Virus record (IMG/VR): IMGVR_UViG_3300029985_000038
Source of the DNA: an uncultured virus (IMG/VR IMGVR_UViG_3300029985_000038)
Lineage: Duplodnaviria > Heunggongvirae > Uroviricota > Caudoviricetes
DNA: 20,000 nt
Reading direction: 5' to 3' (one strand)
In this document: positions 9,307 through 15,321 of the stretch, piece by piece
How positions within the stretch are numbered: the first letter of the stretch is position 1
Layout of the letters: every line of letters starts with the position of its first letter
Position numbers and translations under genes: made by a program
Notes under the pieces: generated by a model
What the model was told of the DNA's origin: nothing
Database searches by the model: none
The model's input: only the letters and a program-made list of their open reading frames with translations

Positions 9307-9406
9307 AGCGGATTCGTATAATGGTTATTATAATGGGCTTTTATTTCCTTTTCTTTAAAAGGGCGTAAGGAACCCACTGATTGGAGTTCGATTCTCTGAT
9401 CCGCTG
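9307..9406 (+). tRNA. tRNA with a 28-nt insert/intron in the anticodon loop (Gln-like body, anticodon uncertain)
   Basis: Acceptor AGCGGAT/ATCCGCT with normal D and T arms. Anticodon stem ATGGG/CCCAC encloses 35 nt (9338-9372) instead of 7. Confidence 0.75.
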
Positions 9407-9430
9407 CCGAGAGTTCTTTGAAAACATAAT

Positions 9431-9501
9431 AGCGGGTACTAATGGTTAGGAAAACGACTCTGAATCGTTTTAAAAGAGTTCGATTCTCTTACCCGCCGCC
9501 A
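9431..9501 (+). tRNA. tRNA-Gln(CTG), atypical compact D-arm
   Basis: Acceptor AGCGGGT/ACCCGCC, anticodon arm AAAACGA-CTCTGAA-TCGTTTT, T-arm AAGAG-TTCGATT-CTCTT, G73 plus encoded CCA. Confidence 0.8.
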
Positions 9502-9543
9502 ATTTTAAAGGAAATGATTTGAATTATTTTGAATGTTCAAAGT

Positions 9544-9960
9544 ATGGAATATAAAACTTGTTCAAAATGTCATTTAAAGAAATCTTTAGATTGTTTTAAT
9601 AAAAAAAGTGATAGAATTTTACAAACATATTGTAAAGATTGTCAAAAAAACATATCTCATGAACATTATGTAAAAAATAAACATACTTATTTAAGTAGAA
9701 ATATTAAAAGGAAGATAGATACAAGAGAATTTATAAATAGTTTAAAATTAAAACCATGTGTTGATTGTGGAAATCAATATGATCCGTGTGCAATGGATTT
9801 TGACCATATGGATGATAAAGAATATGATATATCTTCTATGGTAACTGTTGGTTTTTCTAAAAAATCTATTTTGAAAGAAATTTTAAAATGTGAATTAGTA
9901 TGTGCTGTTTGTCATAGAATTAGAACTAAAAAAAGATTAGAGAAAAGTATCTCCCTGTAG
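9544..9960 (+). CDS. HNH-type endonuclease with N-terminal zinc finger, free-standing in the tRNA cluster
   Basis: CSKC...CKDC, then CVDCG...MDFDH...KCELVCAVCHRIRT. Probable start is ATG 9544; the TAG stop overlaps the next tRNA. Confidence 0.8.
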   Translation: MEYKTCSKCHLKKSLDCFNKKSDRILQTYCKDCQKNISHEHYVKNKHTYLSRNIKRKIDTREFINSLKLKPCVDCGNQYDPCAMDFDHMDDKEYDISSMVTVGFSKKSILKEILKCELVCAVCHRIRTKKRLEKSISL

Positions 9961-10023
9961 TTCAGTGGATAGAATACAAGGTTGCGGACCTCGTGGTCGT
10001 GGGTTCGAGTCCCACTGGGGAGG
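9951..10023 (+). tRNA. tRNA-Arg(GCG)
   Basis: Acceptor CTCCCTG/TGGGGAG, D-loop AGTGGATA (A20), anticodon loop TTGCGGA, T-arm GTGGG-TTCGAGT-CCCAC. Confidence 0.88.
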
Positions 10024-10040
10024 CGAGAAAAATTTAATAT

Positions 10041-10118
10041 CTCCGCGTAGTAAGGGTGGTCTACGAAGCCATACACTTTAACGGACTGAAAATGCAGGTT
10101 CGAATCCTGTCGTGGAGG
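10041..10118 (+). tRNA. Non-canonical tRNA-Arg(ACG)-like RNA (no D-arm at the normal position)
   Basis: Acceptor CTCCGCG/CGTGGAG, T-arm GCAGG-TTCGAAT-CCTGT, anticodon arm GTGGT-CTACGAA-GCCAT only 8 nt after the acceptor strand; TAACGGACTGA lies 3' of it. Confidence 0.7.
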
Positions 10119-10129
10119 CGAGATATAAT

Positions 10130-10201
10130 ACCCTTGTGGTCCAATGGATGGGCTTCCGTCTTCGAAACGGATTTATGCTAGTTCGATTCTAGTCAAGGGT
10201 G
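10130..10201 (+). tRNA. tRNA-Arg(TCG)
   Basis: Acceptor ACCCTTG/CAAGGGT, D-loop AATGGAT, anticodon arm TCCGT-CTTCGAA-ACGGA, T-loop TTCGATT. Confidence 0.92.
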
Positions 10202-10212
10202 CGAGAATAAAT

Positions 10213-10299
10213 GCGGTGGTACACCATCGGTCTTCTAAACCGAATAAGTTAACTGGAGTGAGATCATTTCAAATACGGGTTCGAATCCCGTCTTCCGCG
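10213..10299 (+). tRNA. Non-canonical tRNA-Arg(TCT)-like RNA (no D-arm at the normal position)
   Basis: Acceptor GCGGTGG/CTTCCGC, anticodon arm TCGGT-CTTCTAA-ACCGA 7 nt after the acceptor strand, 31-nt region containing TAACTGGAGTGA, T-arm ACGGG-TTCGAAT-CCCGT. Confidence 0.7.
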
Positions 10300-10310
10300 C
10301 CGAGAAAAAT

Positions 10311-10382
10311 TTCCATATATCTCAAGGGATAGAGTCTCAGTTTCCTAAACTGAAGGTATGGGTTCGAATCCCATTATGGAAG
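10311..10382 (+). tRNA. tRNA-Arg(CCT)
   Basis: Acceptor TTCCATA/TATGGAA, anticodon arm TCAGT-TTCCTAA-ACTGA, T-arm ATGGG-TTCGAAT-CCCAT. Confidence 0.9.
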
Positions 10383-10404
10383 CGAGTTTAACTATAATAT
10401 CATT

Positions 10405-10638
10405 ATGAATGACTGGACTAATATTAAGAAAATAGCTTCTCAAGATAAAGACGTGTTAGATTACGTTCTTAAAAATGCTAAAGCATTAATGAAAGCTACT
10501 ATGACTCCAGAAGAATTCATTCTGAATATGCCTGATATTAATTTAACAGAACAAGAAAAAACTGGTAAAACCAGAGAAAAAATCGTTTTACCAAAATCAG
10601 GTGGTGGTACTATCATGATTAAAGGTGGCTGGTTCTAA
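10405..10638 (+). CDS. Hypothetical protein
   Basis: 77-aa ORF with TATAAT at 10393-10398, 6 nt before the ATG. Confidence 0.7.
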   Translation: MNDWTNIKKIASQDKDVLDYVLKNAKALMKATMTPEEFILNMPDINLTEQEKTGKTREKIVLPKSGGGTIMIKGGWF

Positions 10639-10650
10639 TTATAATAAAAT

Positions 10651-10908
10651 ATGAATGATCTAACAACAATAGAACAAAGGAAAAAGTTAGCTGAAGTCAT
10701 GTCGCCTTTAATTTTAGAGGCTCTAAGTGATGAAGAGGTCTTAGCTATTGATGATGAAAAAATAGCTACAAAAAAGAGACGGTTAGACTTCGACAGGGTG
10801 ATCTTATCTAAAATGGAGACACCAGAAGGAAGAGAAGAACTTAAAAAAATGATGAATTTTGCCATGAATCACAGTAAATGGGTTAATAAGATGAATCTTA
10901 TGAAGTAA
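10651..10908 (+). CDS. Hypothetical protein
   Basis: 85-aa ORF with TATAAT at 10640-10645; METPEGREEL motif. Confidence 0.75.
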   Translation: MNDLTTIEQRKKLAEVMSPLILEALSDEEVLAIDDEKIATKKRRLDFDRVILSKMETPEGREELKKMMNFAMNHSKWVNKMNLMK

Positions 10909-10925
10909 ATGATTTATAATAAGAC

Positions 10926-11294
10926 ATGAGAACACCAGAGCAAGACGCACAAAGAAATGAAATAATTTTAATGGCATTACAATCACCAGATGGGCGTTTT
11001 GCCTTGTCATACGCTGTATTAAATTCAATGTATGAATCACTAACCGAAGAGTATCGTCCATATTTTAACGAATACATGAAACAATCTAATGTTATTGAGT
11101 ATGTTGGAAATAGGCTTCATGGTATTTTATTGTTAAATATAAATGCAATAAATGCAATAGATACATTACAGGTTATATTAACAAATGAATATTTATTGTA
11201 TGGAAGATTTTATTCTGATGTTCAAAGAATTTTTAGTACAATGTCTGCAAATCACACCATGCAACCTGACGGAACGATAAGTAATTCACTATAA
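10926..11294 (+). CDS. Hypothetical protein
   Basis: 122-aa ORF with TATAAT at 10915-10920; LQSPDGRFAL motif. Confidence 0.75.
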   Translation: MRTPEQDAQRNEIILMALQSPDGRFALSYAVLNSMYESLTEEYRPYFNEYMKQSNVIEYVGNRLHGILLLNINAINAIDTLQVILTNEYLLYGRFYSDVQRIFSTMSANHTMQPDGTISNSL

Positions 11295-11310
11295 TAATAA
11301 AGAGGAAAGA

Positions 11311-11796
11311 ATGGTAACAATTGCTAAAGCTTTAAAAATCAAAAACCGTGTCGCAGAGAAATTGCGCAAAGCCGAAAAAGAATTTATGAGAGTCAACTCT
11401 TACAGAGTTGATTTAGGAGTTGACAATCCCCCAGAAGAAGTTTGGGATAAGCTTGTCTCATTGAGAAGTGATTTGTGGCACTTAAAGTCCGCAATCGCTA
11501 AAGCTAATGCTCCTGTTCAAGATGCCATTTTTGAAATGGCAGAAATAAAAGCTGAGATTAGCTATTTAGGTGGTTTAACAACCACAAATGGTAAGGTTGC
11601 AGTAAATACTAATCGTTATGCTGGATTTAGTGAAGATTCAGACAGCGATAAGTTCGTTGAATACAAAGCTTACTTCAACCGCAAAGAAGTTGAAGAGAGA
11701 GTGGAAGATTTGCAAGCCGATTTAGATACTCTTCAAGAGAGATTAGATCACTTCAATAACACCACTAAAATTGATGTTGCATTTTTGGGAGAGTAA
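11311..11796 (+). CDS. DIP1984-like (DUF6847-like) coiled-coil protein
   Basis: SD AGAGGA. N-terminal TIAKALKIKNR, central LKSAIAKAN and C-terminal LDTLQERLDHFNNTT match my recollection of the family pattern; not confirmed by a search. Confidence 0.55.
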   Translation: MVTIAKALKIKNRVAEKLRKAEKEFMRVNSYRVDLGVDNPPEEVWDKLVSLRSDLWHLKSAIAKANAPVQDAIFEMAEIKAEISYLGGLTTTNGKVAVNTNRYAGFSEDSDSDKFVEYKAYFNRKEVEERVEDLQADLDTLQERLDHFNNTTKIDVAFLGE

Positions 11797-11980
11797 GCTT
11801 CGGCTAAAATCCCAATTTCGGATGATTGAATAGCCCCTATTAAACAAAAATTACACTCGGTAATGGTATAGGTCTACGCCATTGATATTCATTGCATTAG
11901 CATGGCGCAGAAAATTTAAATACGAAGAACTCTTAACTCAAAATTTAAGATTTAAAACTTTTCTTGGCTATTATCATCCG
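11785..11980 (+). ncRNA. Candidate structured RNA downstream of the DIP1984-like gene
   Basis: cUUCGg hairpin 11785-11815; 15-bp closing helix 11819-11835/11966-11980; internal hairpins 11836-11872 and 11877-11907; 7-nt repeats 11928-11962. Confidence 0.65.
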
Positions 11981-11983
11981 TCG

Positions 11984-13246
11984 CGATAATTCTTTAAATT
12001 AAAGAATTTAAAGAAGGAATATTTTAATATCATATAGTATATAATTATGTGATAACAGATATTAAAGTAAGATTATATACAAACAAGGATCAATATAAAT
12101 CATTATTGAATTCTTTGTTGTGCTTTAATAAAATATGTAATTATATTTCTAATCAATCTTTTATTCACGGAAATGTAAAAAATAAAACTATATTGCATAA
12201 AATTACTTATAATTTAACTCGTGAGAATTTAAAAGAAGCAGATTCTCAGGTTACAATTAGAGCTATATCTAGAGTTGCAGATTCTTATAAGGTTTCTGTG
12301 CCTATTCAAGAAATTTTAAATAAAAAACGTATAATTAAAGGATTAAAACCGAAAGAAATAAAACCTAATTATTTTAAGCCAATTGCATCTATGGAATTGG
12401 ATAAATGGACAATGAGGTTTTTACAAATAAATAAATTATCTTTATGGTCGCCAGATGGAAGAATTCATGTCGATTATTCTATTCCTGATTATTTCAAATC
12501 TAGATTCAATAAAGATAAAATCAAGATGGCTAAATTGGTCTTGCAAAATGGTAAATTTTGGCTTCATTGCTCTATTGAAGAAAATGAACCAGAATTACAA
12601 GATCATATAGGATTTTTAGGAATTGATCAAGGTCAAGTTTATTTAGTGTCTGACTCCGAAGGAGAACAATATGAAGGCAAGACATTACAAAAGATAAGCA
12701 ATAAATATAAAACAAGAAGAGAATCATTACAAAAAAGTAAGAAAGCTAAGAAAACGAGAGCTAAAGCTAGAGCTTGGAAAAAATTAAGCAAGAAAGAATC
12801 TAGATTTAGACAAGATGTTAATCATCAAATAAGTAAAAGAATTGTTCAAAAAGCGAAAAACTTAAAGCAATGTATCGTCTTAGAAGACTTAAACGACTTC
12901 TTTGAAGATATAAAAGTTAGGCGTGAGAATAAATTTATGAGAAAATCTTGGGCATTCGCCCAACTAATCTTCTACATTCAATATAAAGCATTAAGAGAAG
13001 GAATAAGATGTATATTAGTTAACCCAGCTTATACCTCTCAACAATGCTATAATTGTAGATATTGTGATTCGAAGAATCGCAAATCACAAAGTATATTTGA
13101 ATGTATCAAATGTGGGTATATAAATAATGCAGATATTAATGCTGCCCTAAATATTGCCCTCAAGGGCAAATGTCAATTGTCCTATAGTTCGACAGCGGAA
13201 GCTGTTTAGAATAAATTAAACGAAAGTTTTATGAATTGATCCGTCG
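11984..13246 (+). mobile_element. tnpB-only IS200/IS605-derived element
   Basis: tnpB plus predicted omegaRNA, no tnpA. ATCCGTCG occurs at both sides (11976-11983 and 13239-13246); 10-bp inverted repeat at 11988-12008. Confidence 0.6.
12049..13209 (+). CDS. tnpB: RNA-guided endonuclease TnpB
   Basis: RuvC-I LGIDQG, RuvC-II IVLEDL, NPAYTSQQCYNC...CIKC zinc finger, RuvC-III NADINAALNI; D-E-D triad intact; 386 aa. Confidence 0.93.
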   Translation: MITDIKVRLYTNKDQYKSLLNSLLCFNKICNYISNQSFIHGNVKNKTILHKITYNLTRENLKEADSQVTIRAISRVADSYKVSVPIQEILNKKRIIKGLKPKEIKPNYFKPIASMELDKWTMRFLQINKLSLWSPDGRIHVDYSIPDYFKSRFNKDKIKMAKLVLQNGKFWLHCSIEENEPELQDHIGFLGIDQGQVYLVSDSEGEQYEGKTLQKISNKYKTRRESLQKSKKAKKTRAKARAWKKLSKKESRFRQDVNHQISKRIVQKAKNLKQCIVLEDLNDFFEDIKVRRENKFMRKSWAFAQLIFYIQYKALREGIRCILVNPAYTSQQCYNCRYCDSKNRKSQSIFECIKCGYINNADINAALNIALKGKCQLSYSSTAEAV

Positions 13247-13260
13247 AGTAATAATACTCG
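13150..13260 (+). ncRNA. Predicted TnpB omegaRNA (scaffold ends at 13240, guide from 13241); 5' end approximate
   Basis: Hairpin GGGCAA-ATGTCAA-TTGTCC (13164-13182) whose loop GTCAA can pair with TTGAT (13236-13240); GNRA hairpins ACAGC-GGAA-GCTGT and AAAC-GAAA-GTTT; overlaps the tnpB 3' end as is typical. Confidence 0.65.
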
Positions 13261-13280
13261 AAAATACTCTATAATATATT

Positions 13281-13646
13281 ATGAATAATTACCAAATGCC
13301 ACCACTTCCACCTAGTAATCATCGCGCTAACGCGATAGAATACGTTAAAGATCACACAGATGTTTTTGTTGATGCCTATTATGATCAATTGAAATATGTT
13401 GGTAAATTACTAGACAAACTTACTCCTGTTGATGCGGAAATGTGTCCTGGTCACACATTTGAGAGTGATTTGCTGTTGTTAGAAAAAGAACATGGAATAA
13501 AGCGTGATGTTGTTGCGGCAAAATGGAAAACTTTAATTGATCTTTATCCATTCATTACTGGTAAACCTTATTATGTGGTAGTTTATGAGGAAATTGGATT
13601 TGCTGTCATAAGCGATTATGCCTTAAAAAATATAGTGGTTAGTTAA
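13281..13646 (+). CDS. Hypothetical protein, probable paralog of 13647-13988
   Basis: TATAAT at 13270-13275; shares LExxxG...LxxxxxxIxGxP...ExxGxxVI with the next gene. Confidence 0.75.
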   Translation: MNNYQMPPLPPSNHRANAIEYVKDHTDVFVDAYYDQLKYVGKLLDKLTPVDAEMCPGHTFESDLLLLEKEHGIKRDVVAAKWKTLIDLYPFITGKPYYVVVYEEIGFAVISDYALKNIVVS

Positions 13647-13988
13647 ATGGATAGTGTTGAATTTTTAGATTATAAAGAACGCTTAGAGAAAGCTAAAGCA
13701 TCTAGTGCTTTAATTGCGACTTATCTGGATAAGTTAGATGAATTATATGATCTGTATTGGAAATTATGCCCCTCTATTCCTAAATCAAATTCAAAATATG
13801 AACAGAAAATAAAAGATTTAGAATACAAATATGGCACTACAAAAAACTTTTTTAAAATTCAATTAGATACATTACAACAGTTTTTTGACTTAATTGTTGG
13901 ATTCCCACAAGAGAATTTCTGGACAATTAATGAAGGTTTAGGCATTAGTGTTATTAACACAAAAGCTTTTAAAGGTGAACATGAATAA
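13647..13988 (+). CDS. Hypothetical protein, probable paralog of 13281-13646
   Basis: Abuts the upstream stop; same shared C-terminal pattern. Confidence 0.75.
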   Translation: MDSVEFLDYKERLEKAKASSALIATYLDKLDELYDLYWKLCPSIPKSNSKYEQKIKDLEYKYGTTKNFFKIQLDTLQQFFDLIVGFPQENFWTINEGLGISVINTKAFKGEHE

Positions 13989-14247
13989 GTATTTTGAAAA
14001 TTGGTATAGTTATCCTAAACACGTTAGACGTTCCCAGATTATATTTTTGCTAAATCCTGTGAACTTTTGGAGTTATTTAAGAACCTGGAATAAGTATGGA
14101 ATCAGAGGTTTTAAAGGACGTTTTTATTCTCCATTTGTTCAATATGATATTCTTAAAACTGGTTTATATGGTCATATGTTTTCAGCGGATATACATGTGT
14201 CTGCTATGACTAATCCACCTGTAAAATTTATTGTAAAACCGAAGTGA
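13981..14247 (+). CDS. Hypothetical protein
   Basis: ATG 13981 preceded by AAGGTG SD-like sequence, overlapping the upstream stop. Confidence 0.6.
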   Translation: MNKYFENWYSYPKHVRRSQIIFLLNPVNFWSYLRTWNKYGIRGFKGRFYSPFVQYDILKTGLYGHMFSADIHVSAMTNPPVKFIVKPK

Positions 14248-14760
14248 TTATTTGGGTGCTATTTGTCGTAAATCACCCATTTCACACAACACACTTTCGC
14301 CACTATCCGTTTGAACCCAACAAGTTAAACGCTTTAATCCAGTTTTATCGTGGTTGGATTTAATTAAAGTTACTTTGGTTTTAGCAAGTTTTGTATCTGA
14401 GTAATTCTTAGCGAACTTTAAAGCGTCTCCTGGCTGCGGTTCGTTCCAAACGTGTTTTCCAGTTGATGGATCTAAATAATAGAAATGGTTTAATGCCTTT
14501 CTATATTGTTTAGCATATAAATGTTGGAGATTTAAACCGTGTGAGCAAAATAGTTCATCCTTATGACTTTGGAAGTTTATGCGTTCAATACTTTCCGCTG
14601 AAGTTAATGACATTAAGTGCCACGCAATTCGCTTATTTTTAATAAATAAAATTGCATTATAACATGCACTGGCTTCGCTAATAATTTGATTTATTTTTTT
14701 TGATAGAGAGTTGTTTCTTTCTTCACACATTTGGTTAAACTTGTCTTGTATTTTATACAT
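14248..14760 (-). CDS. Hypothetical protein
   Basis: Start moved from 14904 to ATG 14760 (MYKIQ), which has TACAAT 6 nt upstream and avoids overlap with the SLOG gene. Confidence 0.7.
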   Translation of the reverse strand: MYKIQDKFNQMCEERNNSLSKKINQIISEASACYNAILFIKNKRIAWHLMSLTSAESIERINFQSHKDELFCSHGLNLQHLYAKQYRKALNHFYYLDPSTGKHVWNEPQPGDALKFAKNYSDTKLAKTKVTLIKSNHDKTGLKRLTCWVQTDSGESVLCEMGDLRQIAPK

Positions 14761-14764
14761 ACCA

Positions 14765-15268
14765 TTATTGTACCTGATTGGCTTCTTTATATTCAATCCA
14801 TTCATCCCAAGTATTATGAATTGGTTTCCCTTGTTTGATAGCGTAATTATAGCAATGTGTAGTTCCACCTGTAAAATCCCCATTCCATAATGCCAAGACT
14901 TCATCGGAATTATCCACCATAAATATATTACGATTTAACATGCAACTATTATTATAACTTCCTTTGTGTACATAAATAACTTTATCAGACTTTTCTAAGA
15001 GTTCCTTGTAGAGTTTTTGATAAGCAGGACCCCAACCACTATCTTGATTATAACATGGCACAGCAGCAATCAATGGAATGTTTAGACCTAAAGCCGCTAA
15101 TGCTAATGCTTGATCCCATCCAAGTGCTAAACCGGATATGACTTCATCAGGATCATGTTTTAGTAGTTGGATCTTAGCAAATTTAATTAAATGTTTAAGA
15201 TTATCTTTGCTGTAAGCATCGTGCTTGAATAATTTATTACTTCTATGACCGGTTCCCGCAAGTATCAT
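14765..15268 (-). CDS. SLOG superfamily protein (YspA/DUF1273-like)
   Basis: LAGTGHR, VISGLALGWDQ, AAVP, RNIFMVDNSD and LALWNG..GGT motifs. Confidence 0.88.
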   Translation of the reverse strand: MILAGTGHRSNKLFKHDAYSKDNLKHLIKFAKIQLLKHDPDEVISGLALGWDQALALAALGLNIPLIAAVPCYNQDSGWGPAYQKLYKELLEKSDKVIYVHKGSYNNSCMLNRNIFMVDNSDEVLALWNGDFTGGTTHCYNYAIKQGKPIHNTWDEWIEYKEANQVQ

Positions 15269-15321
15269 ATACTATTATAGATCAATAGGCGTCTAGTAAT
15301 ATAGTGTATAAATATTATGTT

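Noticed and set aside
9348..9364. Ochre-suppressor loop CT-TTA-AA inside the tRNA insert
   Set aside because: It would need a stem of mostly G-U pairs; the TCCTTTT/AAAAGGG hairpin is stronger, and TAA is the main stop codon here.
11819..11980. Retron msr-msd interpretation of the long closing inverted repeat
   Set aside because: No reverse transcriptase nearby and no long msd-type hairpin.
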